Positions 45,568-56,144 of a DNA stretch of 64,000 bases are shown one piece after another. A program made the position numbers and the translations under genes. The first letter of the stretch is position 1. Each line of letters begins with the position of its first letter. The stretch covers positions 253,968 to 317,967 of the forward strand of contig CAVSJV010000003.1 in NCBI GenBank assembly GCA_963728405.1, in the 5' to 3' direction. The notes beneath the pieces were generated by a model. That model saw only the letters and a list, made by a program, of their open reading frames with translations. It was not told where the DNA came from and did not search any database. The DNA comes from Methanomassiliicoccaceae archaeon. Its GTDB lineage: Archaea; Thermoplasmatota; Thermoplasmata; Methanomassiliicoccales; Methanomassiliicoccaceae.

Positions 45568-46806
45568 GTGGAGCTGAGCATCCCGGTCATCGTCCTCGCG
45601 GTGGTCTTTGGCCTCATCGCCGTTCGACAGGTAGGGCGGTTCCACCTGAAGATCTGGCAGATCATGCTCGGCGGGGCGCTGGCCGTGCTCTTGACCTTCC
45701 AGATCACTCTGCCCGACGCGGCGGCGGCGATCAATCTGGACGTCATGCTCTTCCTGTTCGGGATGTTCGTCGTCGGCGAGGCGCTGCACCGCAGCGGTTA
45801 CCTGTTCTATCTTGGGCACCGGCTGTTCCGCAACGCCGGCAGCGTCGACCGACTCGTTCTGCTCCTGTTGTTCTCCGTCGGCACGCTGTCGGCGTTCCTG
45901 ATGAACGACACGCTGGCCATCATCGGTACGCCCCTCGTTCTCCACTACGCGTTCCGGCATCGCATCTCCCCCAAGTTACTGCTGCTGACGCTGGCCTTCG
46001 CCGTTACCATCGGCAGCGCCATGAGCCCCATCGGCAATCCGCAGAACCTGCTCATCGCCCTGAACGGCGGCATCGCCGATCCCTTCGTGGCGTTCTTCTC
46101 CCGCCTGCTCCTCCCCACGATCATCAATCTGCTGCTGGCATACGCGCTGCTGCGTCTGTTCTTTAAGAAAGAGTTCGCCCCCCGGGACCTCTCGTTCGAT
46201 GAGGAGGAGATCAAGGACCCCGCACTAGCGAGGCTGTGCAAGGCGTCCCTGATCATCATCGCGGTGATGATCGCGCTCAAGATCGTGGTGGTGAGCGTAC
46301 GGCCGGACCTCGACCTCCGGCTCACGTATATCGCCCTGGCCGCCGCGGCGCCCATCGTGCTGCTATCACCGAAAAGGTTCGACATCGTTAGGAGGATCGA
46401 CTGGCCGACCCTGGTGTTCTTCGCCGCCCTGTTCGTGCTCATGGCCTCGGTGTGGGCGACCGGCTTCTTCCAGGAGCTGATCGGCGGGATGAGCGCCATC
46501 ACCTCGCTGCCGATGGTGCTGGGGATGAGCGTCGTCCTGAGCCAGTTCATCTCCAACGTGCCGTTCGTGGCGCTGTACATGCCCCTGCTCGCCCAGGCCG
46601 GGGGCGGACCGACCGAGATGGTCGCGCTGGCCGCGGGCAGCACCATCGCCGGGAACCTGTTCATCCTGGGGGCGGCAAGCAACATCATCATCATCCAGAA
46701 CGCCGAGAAGGAGGGGGAGACCATCACCTTCCTGGAGTTCGCCAAGGTCGGCGTTCCGCTGACGATCCTGTGCTGCCTAACGTACCTGCTGTTCCTCAAT
46801 CTCTAG
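45568..46806 (+). CDS. ArsB/NhaD (CitMHS-like) anion transporter
   Basis: SAFLMND, IGS..SPIGNPQN, SQFISNVP, GSTIAGN..ILGAASN, many TM helices. Confidence 0.88.
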   Translation: MELSIPVIVLAVVFGLIAVRQVGRFHLKIWQIMLGGALAVLLTFQITLPDAAAAINLDVMLFLFGMFVVGEALHRSGYLFYLGHRLFRNAGSVDRLVLLLLFSVGTLSAFLMNDTLAIIGTPLVLHYAFRHRISPKLLLLTLAFAVTIGSAMSPIGNPQNLLIALNGGIADPFVAFFSRLLLPTIINLLLAYALLRLFFKKEFAPRDLSFDEEEIKDPALARLCKASLIIIAVMIALKIVVVSVRPDLDLRLTYIALAAAAPIVLLSPKRFDIVRRIDWPTLVFFAALFVLMASVWATGFFQELIGGMSAITSLPMVLGMSVVLSQFISNVPFVALYMPLLAQAGGGPTEMVALAAGSTIAGNLFILGAASNIIIIQNAEKEGETITFLEFAKVGVPLTILCCLTYLLFLNL

Positions 46807-47262
46807 CAATGATGCCCGGGGCCCGAAGAACCGATCGACCCATTCCACGACCTGGTCGCGCACCCGGCGCATGCGGGCGAGCTTTTCCTCCTCGGTCCCG
46901 TAGAACGGCTGAGGGTCGTCGAAGCTGGCGTGGACCTGCTCCGGGGCGGGGAAGTAGGGGCAGGAGCGCTTCGATTCAGGGCAGGTGGTGACGACATAAT
47001 CGAAGGTGGTCATGTTCCGAATGAACTCGTCCACGCTCTTGACCCTGTTCTTCGAGATGTCGATGCCGATCTCGTGCATGACCTGCACCGCCCTCGCGTC
47101 GAGCTGGCCGGCCGGCTCGGTGCCAGCGGAGTGGGCCTCGAAGCGGCCGCCGTACTTGGCGTTCAACGCGGCCTCGGCCATCTGGGAGCGTTCGGAATTA
47201 TGGCAACATACGAACAGCACTCGCTTGGGCGGGCCCCGGGAATCGATATCTTGAGCGGCCAT
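46777..47262 (-). CDS. arsC: Arsenate reductase (thioredoxin-coupled, LMW-PTPase fold)
   Basis: CCHNSERSQMAEA (CX5R), SAGT, TTC......CPYFP, DDP. Confidence 0.88.
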   Translation of the reverse strand: MAAQDIDSRGPPKRVLFVCCHNSERSQMAEAALNAKYGGRFEAHSAGTEPAGQLDARAVQVMHEIGIDISKNRVKSVDEFIRNMTTFDYVVTTCPESKRSCPYFPAPEQVHASFDDPQPFYGTEEEKLARMRRVRDQVVEWVDRFFGPRASLLEIEEQQVR

Positions 47263-47495
47263 TGATCTCAGTCCTCAAGATGAGATAGTGATAACTTCAT
47301 ATGAGAAACTGATGGCTGTCGGAACAGCGTAAGATTTATCCCCTATAACGAGTTAGGCAAATTAGACCTCAAGATGATGAAGCCTTTTGTGCTGATTCGT
47401 GAAGAATGATGGGCGAGCTGATTGGGGTCCACTGGTATTTTTTACCGTTTCCAGCATAGATCTGGATGCTTTTCGGAGCCTTTCCTGGGATCGAT

Positions 47496-48684
47496 CTATA
47501 CATATAGTTCCTGCTTCAACGAAACGACTCGCATCTCTCTTATGAGAGATGTGTTGGTCTCTTCTCCACAGGCGTCAATTCGGGCGCCACCCGCCCTACT
47601 GTTGAGGATATTAATTGCAGCATTCTCGTCCCTGTCTATTACCAAGCCGCAGACGGGGCAAGAGTAGACACGTTCTGCAAGAGAAATATCCTTGATATTG
47701 CCACAGCTCGAACATTTCTTGGTTGTGGGCTCATATTTTGGTGCGATCAATACTTCAGTACCAGCACTTTCAGCCTTGTACTGGAGCATCTCGATGAACC
47801 TAGACCATGAGGCGTCCGAGATCGATTTGGCCAACCTGTGGTTCTTTAACATGTTTGCAACATCCAATGATTCAACCACGATCGGGCCATAATTCGAAAC
47901 GATTTCGTGCGAAATCTTATGAAGGAAGTCAGTGCGTTGGTTTTTTACCTTTTCAGTAGCGATTGCCAACTTCTTCTTTGCTTTTCGTCTGTTGTTGCTC
48001 CCCTTTACCTTCCTTGATACCTCCCCCTGTAGTTTTTGATCCTCTTCTCTGATTTTCTAAAATATTCTGGATTGTCAAAATGGGTTCCATCCGAAAGCGT
48101 CACAAACGAGTTGATTCCAACATCGACACCAATGGGTTTCTTGTTCCCCTGGATCTCAGGCAGGTCTACCTTCAATGTGAATATGACAAACCACTTCCCA
48201 CCTGGTTTACGAAGTATGATGAGCTCCCTCACTTCACCTTTGGGGAGCCTGCTCAATATGATTGGCATCTTGCCTATCCTTCGAAGTTCAATATGCTTAG
48301 CATCGGGCATGGTGAATCCACTGTCAGGGAACCTTATGCTTTTCAACCCTTTTTTGAACCGCGGATATCCAGCGGATATTTGGGCACCCGCTTTCTTTTT
48401 CTCCATCCGGGAGAATATTTTTCAAAAGACCAGCATAATTGGTCGGTGGTCTTCCTCAAGGTCTCAGAGTAAGGAATTTTGAACTTTGGATCTTTTATCC
48501 GGAATTCAGTAACCATACGGGAGAACTGAGTTCTTCTGAGAGTGATCCCATTGGTATTGTATTGAAATATTGCCTCTTCCAAACAGGAGTTGTAAAGCTC
48601 AGAGCAGATGGAAAACTGCTCGTTGAGTTTCCGAATTTGTTTCTTTGATGGATAAATTCGGGATTTGATGTTCCTGATCGCCAT
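47496..48684 (-). CDS. tnpB: TnpB (copy 3, two indels), no tnpA
   Basis: K.RIYP, GYPRFK, GVDVG, VVESL, DASW, CSSCG..CPVCG, DRDENAAINI. Confidence 0.88.
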
Positions 48685-48688
48685 TATT

Positions 48689-48745
48689 TTCTTGAAGGAA
48701 ATGAATATTTAAAAGACTGAATGCCGGAGGTCCCCGAAAGTGAAC
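48689..48745 (-). promoter_or_regulatory. tnpB copy 3 promoter: CACTTTC box, TATA and TCAAGAA
   Basis: GTTCACTTTCGGGGACCTCCGG..TTTTAAATAT..TCAAGAA. Confidence 0.55.
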
Positions 48746-48874
48746 CACTTAGTTAGTCATCTGGCATAGTAGTGAAAAATCCGAATATCGCTTAGTTAAT
48801 GTTATCTAATTTAATAATAATGCTGGACAAAAAGTTATAACTCCCGTCCCGCCTTTTCCCTTCCGGGATAAGGG

Positions 48875-49375
48875 ATGCACACAGGTTTTGATATACTTGA
48901 GAGCAGCAGCGCTCTCCGCCGACACTGGCTACGTCGTTTCATGGCCGGGTTCGTGGACATGGCCATCGTGTTCGTGCCGATCTGGCTGGCATTGAACTTT
49001 TTGAACCTCTCCGACCGCACCATCGCCGCCGGCATCGGGGCCGGGGTGGGCTGGTTCCTGTACGCTGGGCTGTTGGAGGGCCGCTTCGGCCGCACCGTCG
49101 GAAAACTTCTCGTCCGTCTCAAGGTCGTTTCCATGAAGGAACGCCGGACCTACCGGCAGACGTTCATCCGGTCGATACCGAAGCTGTTCTGGTACATCTT
49201 CCTCCCGTTCGACGTCGCGGTCGGCCTCGCTACCGAGGGCGATCCCCGCAAGCGCTGGTCCGACGGCGTGGCGAGGACGCTGGTGATCGCTTACTATCCA
49301 GCAGTGCCCCGGAGCAAGAAGGTCCCCAGGGCCCAGCCGCGCATGCAGCGCAAGGAAGGCAAGTTCGACCTTTGA
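48875..49375 (+). CDS. RDD family membrane protein
   Basis: RRFMAGFVD, GRTVGK, R.SD. Confidence 0.85.
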   Translation: MHTGFDILESSSALRRHWLRRFMAGFVDMAIVFVPIWLALNFLNLSDRTIAAGIGAGVGWFLYAGLLEGRFGRTVGKLLVRLKVVSMKERRTYRQTFIRSIPKLFWYIFLPFDVAVGLATEGDPRKRWSDGVARTLVIAYYPAVPRSKKVPRAQPRMQRKEGKFDL

Positions 49376-49377
49376 AC

Positions 49378-50167
49378 CGCTAAAGGTGCGAGCGGAGGAA
49401 CTCCCAGATCGCCTGGGACGCGTCCAGGGTATGGGGGTCGACCTCGCTGCGCATGTGCACCCGGCTGCCCGGCCACACGTGGCCGGCCCCTTTTACTTTC
49501 ATACTTGCACCTCGGCCCCTCCTTCCGCTGGAAGGAACCTCTCTACCATCGCTGGACCGGATTCTTCGATCAACGGCTCAGGGGCGCAGTTATTGCTCCT
49601 GACCCAGTAATCAACGACCCGGGCCACCGGCAGGAACCGTTCGTCGTCGCGTTTATCGTATGGGATCAGGCGATCATCGGACCCATGGATCATGAGAACG
49701 GGAATTGGACATTTCGGGGGTCGTTCGATGATGTCCTTTCTAACGGTCGCGGCCACCGGAGCGATGGCGGTGAGCTTCTTGCTCAGTTCGATGCCGGCGA
49801 GGTGGGTCATCATGCCGCCGTTGGAGAAGCCGGTCACCAGGATCCCATTTACCTGATATCGATCGAGCATTAGGTCGATGAGCGCGGATAGGAACCCGAT
49901 GTCGTCCACCCCGGACTCCTGGGCGTCCCCGCAGCAGAACCGGGCGTTCCACGACCTCAGGCTGGTCTCGGAGGCCTTGGTCCCTTCCGGATAGATGACG
50001 ATGAAGCCTTCCTTGTCGGCCATCTCCGAGAAGTAGGTGGTGGCCTCCATGAGCTGAGGGTTGCTTCCGAGGGCGTGGAGGGCGATGATGAGCGGGCGAC
50101 CTTGCGGTTCAGGGGGCAGATGAAGGAGAAAGTGACGCGTCCGGTCACCGATGGTAATGGATTCCAC
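49378..50167 (-). CDS. PHB-depolymerase/LpqC-like alpha/beta hydrolase (indel near 49500)
   Basis: YPEG, WNA..CCG, DDIGF, GFSNGG nucleophile, IHGSDD, GAGHVWPG in the shifted frame. 3' end approximate. Confidence 0.8.
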
Positions 50168-50199
50168 GTGACGGTGAACATATTTTATGTTAAATCAAA

Positions 50200-50413
50200 T
50201 TAATCCTCGACCCACCACACCCACCCGCCCCGTTCGGTGGAGACGGCGCCCTTGATCAGACCCTTGCGGCGCATGATGTTGAGCGTGCGGGCCAGGTCGT
50301 CGGGGCAACGTGTCCCCCTGTCGGCTAGTGTTTGTTCGAGGTCGATTGTCGTAAGGACCTTGCCCCTATAGAGCGCCTTGCATGAAGTGAATCAGATTAT
50401 CCTCCGTTTTCAT
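50200..50413 (-). CDS. Small winged-helix-like protein (~70 aa) missing from the ORF track (one indel near 50380)
   Basis: MKTEDNLIHFM/KALYRGKVLTTIDLEQTLADRGTRCPDDLARTLNIMRRKGLIKGAVSTERGGWVWWVED*, with host-like codon usage in the 3' part. Confidence 0.65.
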
Positions 50414-50679
50414 TGCCGGATGAAATGTTACTAGCATAAAAACGAGTAGGTCATAGAAGATTACCACTATCGGCGATCTGTCATCAACTTGGAATTTCCA
50501 CATTTACTTACAGTTTCAATACCCTTTGCTCTGATACTGCGCAGATGAAATCTACCTCTGGAAGCCCTGTGCCCTTATAATCATAAGATGGTATGCGATT
50601 ATCCTGACAGACAGCGGCGGCATAATTATGAGAAAAATAGGAATAGATTAGTGGCGTTAGGCGTTGTTGTACGAACAGT

Positions 50680-50706
50680 AGAATAAAAAAAAGGAAAGGA
50701 AAAGTG
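50680..50706 (-). terminator. Poly-T terminator after the pilin gene
   Basis: Minus strand reads TTTTCCTTTCCTTTTTTTTATT directly after the stop. Confidence 0.6.
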
Positions 50707-50708
50707 GT

Positions 50709-51178
50709 TTAGTTCGAGATCGCTGGTACTCAGCTGGATGGCGCCACCGTTAACCCAGAAGAGGCTCAGGGTTCCGGTGTCCCTTGAAGGTGAAGTAGTC
50801 ACCCGAGGCTGACCTTATCGTCAGTCCAGCATCAACGAATTGTAACTGTATCGGTAGAAAGCGGCGTATGTGGTGCTATCTCCACGGTATCTGCACCAGT
50901 ACCAAAGTTAACGAGTGTCAGCAGTTGCGTTACCATCGATACTGACTTCATGTCGCATACGGGTGAGAAGGCAGTGGCCGGGATTGATTCTTAATAACAA
51001 CGCGGTTCCGGTCGTGCTCTTGGTCAGCGAAGCCGGTCGGGTTCTGCCCGCTGCCGCCGCCGAATCCCATGACCATTACATACAATACCGCAGCGAGCAC
51101 CACAGTGATCGCGACCATCAGGATGGTGGCGATGACCGGGGACACACCGGAGCGGTTCTTCCAGCTCTTCTTCATCAT
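50709..51178 (-). CDS. Archaeal type IV pilin (indels in the C-terminal half)
   Basis: Class III signal peptide MMKKSWKNRSG|VSPVIATILMVAITVVLAAVLYVMV, GGAGG RBS. Confidence 0.88.
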
Positions 51179-51318
51179 TTTTAGTCCTCCAATATATTGG
51201 GGTAGACGAGCTACCTCGGGCGAAATACTTTTGTCGGTATAATAAAGATATGCTCGTGGATATCTCACTGGCAGAGCGTGTATCGATTTAGATAAAAATC
51301 TGATTATTATTTACTGGC

Positions 51319-51901
51319 CTATTCCGGATGCTCTAAATTGATGACCTGGTCGCACACCAGGTTGAGCATCTCGCGGACCTCAGGCCGTAATTGCTCCTGT
51401 ATAGACAGTATCACCGGATACGCCTCCTTGGTGCTCAGGCCGCTGATCAGGATGTGCAGGAACTCCGACAGCATCTTGGGGTCGTTATGGATGGCCAGCG
51501 AGTTGATCGAGTCGACCACCACGAGCTTAGGCCCTTCCCCCAGCTTGCGGGTGAGGTAATCGACCTTGAGCACGACATTTCTCGAGGACGGTGGGGCTCT
51601 CGACATAGATGACCCGGTCCGAGCCGCGCTCCAGCTTGCCCATGATCATCTGGGAGATCGTATCGACAAAGGAGATGTTCGATGCATCGATCTCCAGCGC
51701 CTCCAGCGTTACCTGTATGGTGGCCGCCGGCACCGAGGAGGTGATGTAGATGCACTGCAGCTTGTTGCTCTGGGCGAAGTTGTCGACGAGGCCCCTCAGC
51801 ACATCGAAGTACGAGCCCATGGGGAACTCCAACGCGACCGCGACCGACGGGCCGACCTCGTTGAGCAACTTGGAGACCAATGCTCCAGTGTCCTCGCTCA
51901 T
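51319..51901 (-). CDS. Inactive KaiC-like RecA-fold protein (no Walker A; indel near 51578)
   Basis: IYIT, ISFVD, VESP..LE, VVVDSINSL.IHN, CDQVI. Translationally coupled to the upstream ATPase. Confidence 0.75.
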
Positions 51902-52620
51902 GATCCACCTCTGAGGAGCGGGGTGACCAGCACGCCGCAGGTGGTCAGATCGATCACGTACTTGGCGCGGGAATGACTAGCTGCCTTCATCTTCAGCACC
52001 TGCATCGTTCTCAACAGGTCCGATTTTCGCTCGTAGTTGCCAAGGGTGATCACACCGTCGGCGATGATGCTCTCGATGCTCGTGCTGGGGTTGGCGTCGG
52101 CGACGAGAATGCAGGTGCAGTCCTTGACGTACATCGTTTCCGAAAGGGACAGGAGGAGATCGCGGGCGATGGTCTCGTCCTTGATGCCGTGGAACATCGT
52201 ATGGAACGTATCTATTACCAGCCTGCGGACCTCATGCTTGCCGACGTAGGCGGAGATGTTCTCTCCCAGCTTGGTGAAGTCCTCGCGGGTCTCCGGACGG
52301 CCGTAGATGGAGGCATTCTCCAGAAGTTCCTGGACCTCTACGAAGGTAAGGGTACCGTTCTCCATCAGTCGGTGATCGAAGAAGTCGAAGTCCGGGACCG
52401 AGGCCACCAGCTTCTCCGGCCGCTCGATGGTCGTGAGCACCAGGGATCTCTCGCCCTTTATGGCGCCCCTGATGGCGAACTCGAGCGCGAGCGAGGTCTT
52501 ACCGACACCGGGCACGCCGGTGACCAGGACCAGGCTGCCCGCCGGGAATCCTCCGCCCAGTATGGAGTCGAGGCCCTCGATACCAGTAACGCACTTGGCC
52601 CTCTCGGTCGTCTTCGCCAT
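51898..52620 (-). CDS. KaiC/RAD55-family ATPase
   Basis: TGIEGLD.ILGGG.P, GVPGVGKT, RLVID, ADGVI.L, R...VLKM. Confidence 0.9.
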   Translation of the reverse strand: MAKTTERAKCVTGIEGLDSILGGGFPAGSLVLVTGVPGVGKTSLALEFAIRGAIKGERSLVLTTIERPEKLVASVPDFDFFDHRLMENGTLTFVEVQELLENASIYGRPETREDFTKLGENISAYVGKHEVRRLVIDTFHTMFHGIKDETIARDLLLSLSETMYVKDCTCILVADANPSTSIESIIADGVITLGNYERKSDLLRTMQVLKMKAASHSRAKYVIDLTTCGVLVTPLLRGGS

Positions 52621-52954
52621 ATGCCCTGGGATTACCTTTCACATCTAAAGAACTTGCCCAGCGATTACCAGTCCGTTTAGTAAGAATTGCCACAAGTTGT
52701 ACCTTAGGATAGGGAGCCATATGGATCCAAATACCATTATCTAAGTTAACATTGATCATCAACCCGATCTAAGAGTGCTCCATTACTTCTTAGTGACGAG
52801 GCGTTCAAAGGCGAAGATGCCCGCATATGCCTGAAGGGTTTTCCTACTTCTCAATACTCCAACCCCCGGATCACTCTTTTTTACACCACTGCAAGTAGCT
52901 TCCATGTAGTCATCCCTAAGAAATATTGTAGTTACCAGTCAGAGAAATGACGCC

Positions 52955-53970
52955 ATGCTCCTGACCTTCGTGATCAAGCACGGCCGAGACTTTCTTGCCG
53001 AGCTAGCGAAGGCCAGGTTAGTGGCCGAGTTCGCACTGCAGACTGGAAGTGTGACGTCGAAGGATGTCAAGGATATTGGTCTACCGTCCGCGATAGCGAA
53101 CCAGGTGCTCAGGAAATACTCTAGGAACGATCGAATCAAGGCGGTCAGCAAGGTCGTGCTGACGGTGCCAGGCCAGGGCGTGAAGAGATTCGACAAAGAG
53201 CTGTACATCTTCTGCCTGAAGCTCCATCTGGACATCAGCCATCTGCCCGAGTTTGAGAAGGTCAATCAGGTCGAGGTCGGGAAGGAGTTCGCTTACGTCA
53301 CGGTGACCATCGACGAGCCACCATTACGGGACGTTGAGCACTGGATGGGCATCGACCTGAACTCCACCGGCCACATCGCCGTGGCCGGGCGTTCCGAGCT
53401 CGGGCAAGGTCCACAAGTTTGGCAAGGAGGCCCCGCACATCCACCGGAAGTACTCGAAGATGCGGCGTCACCTGTATCTCCACGGCCACCCGAGGGTGGC
53501 GAAGAAGAAGAGTACAGCACAAAGAGAACCACAAGGTCAAAGACCTGAACCACAAGATCTCGAAAGAAATTGTCAATATCGCCGCTCAGCAAGGCTGCGG
53601 AATAAAAATGGAACGGCTGAGCGACATAAGAAAGACCGCACGCCAAGCCAAGCCGTCCAGAGCCTCGTTGCACAGTTGGTCGTTCTATCAACTACAGCAA
53701 ATGGTAGAATACAAGGCCAAGCTGCTCGGGGTGCCGGTCGCCTACGTGAACCCCGCTTACACGAGCCAACAGTGCTCACGATGCCATCGCTTAGGAACCA
53801 GGAACGGTAAGGACTTCTCATGTGTCTGTGGACACGTTGACCACGCTGACGCCAATGCTTCGTTCAACATCGCGTTGCGTCCCTCTTTGGAAGAAGGCGT
53901 GTGTCGATTGCACCAAGACAGGGATTGGTGCAAGGGCCGCATTGATACGCCCCAGGAGGCTCCGGCATGA
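52955..53970 (+). CDS. tnpB: Compact TnpB (copy 4, indels at ~53400-53520), no tnpA
   Basis: GIDLN, KMERL, WSFYQL..EYKA, TSQQCSRC..C.CG, ADANASFNIA. Confidence 0.85.
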
Positions 53971-54017
53971 ACGATGCCGACCTCAGAATCCTGCGAACTC
54001 CATTCGTGGGAGTGTCA
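53880..54017 (+). ncRNA. Putative omegaRNA/right end of copy 4
   Basis: Stems TTGCACCAA..TTGGTGCAA and CCTGCGAA-CTCCA-TTCGTGGG, followed by AGTGTCA. Confidence 0.55.
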
Positions 54018-54156
54018 ACATAACGACGATTGTCGTTCGATGGATGAGCCGAGACTGTTCGTCGATCGCCGACATGACTCTTTTACAAATGTAAACGGTT
54101 ATTTACAAACGTTAAATCGCCAAAGGATTAAGTTCCAAGAATGCGTGCTGGACGGC

Positions 54157-55453
54157 ATGAAGCCGGTCCTGCAGGTAGCCCTCGACCTCATGCACCTGAA
54201 GCGCGCCCTGGAGATCGCGTCCGAGGCAGTGGAGGGAGGGGCGGACTGGATCGAGGCGGGAACGCCCCTCATCAAGTCGGAGGGAGCGGACAGTGCTGCG
54301 GGAGCTCAAGAGGGCGTTCCCGGGCCGGACCATCGTCGCCGACATGAAGACGATGGACGTGGGCGGGTTCGAGGTCGAGATCGCGGCCAAGGCCGGCGCG
54401 GACGTCATCAGCGTACTGGGCCTGGCAGATGATGGGACCATCCACGAAGCGGTGCTCTCCGCCCGCCAGTATGGTGCAAAGGTCATGGTCGACCTCATCG
54501 GCGTCGCGGACAAGGCGGGGCGGGCCAAGCAGGTCGAGGAGCTCGGAGCGTCGTACGTCTGCCTGCATGTCGGCATCGACGAACAGATGAAGGGCGAGGC
54601 CGCGCCGGTGGAGACGGTCCGCTCGGTCGCCAAGGCCGTTGCGGTCCCCATCGCGGTGGCCGGGGGGATCACCTCGGAAAGTGCTCCTCTCCTGCTCGCC
54701 GCCGGCGCGTCCATTATCATTGTAGGCGGCGGGATCATCAAGGCCAAGGACGTGGTCGGCGCGGCGAGACGCGTCAAGGAGAGCATGATCGCCGGGAGGC
54801 CCGTCGCTACCGAGCTGTCCAAGAAGTACTCGGAGAACGAGATCGTCGTCGCCCTGTCCAAGGTCTCCACCTGCAACATCGCCGACGCGATGCACAAGGC
54901 CGGGGTCATGAAGAACGTCCACCCCCACATCGCTCACGGGGTCAAGATGGTCGGCCGGGCCTTGACCGTTCAGACGTCCAAGGGCGACTGGGCCAAGCCG
55001 GTGGAAGCGATAGACCACGCCAATGAAGGCGATGTCCTGGTCATCGACGTGGGAGGGAGCGACATCGCGGTGTTCGGCGAGCTGGCGGCGTGGAGCTGCC
55101 GGATGAAGGGCGTCAGCGGCGTGGTCATCGACGGCGCGGTGAGGGATATGGATGCCATCTACGAGATGGGTTTCCCGGCATTCTCGAGGCATGTCGCCCC
55201 CAACGCCGGGGAGCCGAAAGGCTACGGAGGTATCGGCCACGAGATCGTGTGCGGCGAGCAGCTCGTTCGCACCGGGGACTGGATCGTGGGCGACGAGAGC
55301 GGAGTGGTGGTCATTCCCCAGGAACGCGCTGTGGAGATCGCCAACCGGGCGGTGGACGTGGCGGAGCGGGAGGACCGGATCCGGGAGGAGATCAAGCGCG
55401 GAGGGACCTTGTCCAAGGTGCAGGAGCTGGAGAAATGGGAGCAGATTCGCTGA
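54157..55453 (+). CDS. hxlA: 3-hexulose-6-phosphate synthase fused to an RraA/MenG-like domain (indel near 54293)
   Basis: LQVALD, EAGTPLIK, ADMKTMD.G, AVAGG, then STCNIADAM, GRALTV, GVVIDGAVRD, GD.IVGD..GVVVIP. Confidence 0.88.
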
Positions 55454-56121
55454 TCAATCTCCATACCCACACCAATTTCTCGGACGGCGATTTCACTCCG
55501 GAACAGATCGTGTCCACGGCGGAGAAGAACCATCTCACCCACATCGCCATCACCGACCACTTCCAGACCTCCAAGACCCATTCCCTGTTCGCCGGGGAGC
55601 TGGAGAACTACATCGGCATCATCAACGAGCTGGGCAAGATGTACCCCCGGGTCACCGTCCTGGCGGGGGTGGAGATCGATACCAACCCCAAGCACTGCGA
55701 CCTGGACGCGCTGCCCATCGACCTGTTGAACCAGCTCGATCTGGTGCTCTTCGAGTATGTGCAGACCGAGGACGGCACCTCGCTCGACGATCTGGAGCCG
55801 ATCCTGTCCAGCCTGGACGTTCCCTGCGGCCTCGCTCACAACGACATCGAGCGCAACTTCGGCCCGTGGCCGCCGGAGTCGGTGGCGGACTACATCGCCT
55901 CGTTCGGGGTGTTCGTAGAGGTCAACTCAGCATGGCCGTACAAGCGGGACGGGGTCTTGTTCTGGGAGAAGGCCGAGAAGTACTACGAGGCGTTCCGAGG
56001 AAAGGTCCTGGTGTCGGTGGGGACGGACGTCCACCACAACCTCGCCGAGGTCTATAATCTCGAAAAGGCCTATAGGTTCCTGAGAAGGACTGGACTTTTG
56101 TACGACAATCTGGTCTGCTGA
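55435..56121 (+). CDS. PHP-domain phosphoesterase
   Basis: NLHTHT.FSDG, AITDH, GVEID, LAH, GTDVH. Confidence 0.87.
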   Translation: MGADSLINLHTHTNFSDGDFTPEQIVSTAEKNHLTHIAITDHFQTSKTHSLFAGELENYIGIINELGKMYPRVTVLAGVEIDTNPKHCDLDALPIDLLNQLDLVLFEYVQTEDGTSLDDLEPILSSLDVPCGLAHNDIERNFGPWPPESVADYIASFGVFVEVNSAWPYKRDGVLFWEKAEKYYEAFRGKVLVSVGTDVHHNLAEVYNLEKAYRFLRRTGLLYDNLVC

Positions 56122-56144
56122 AAATAGAGAATAGGAAAGGCGTT

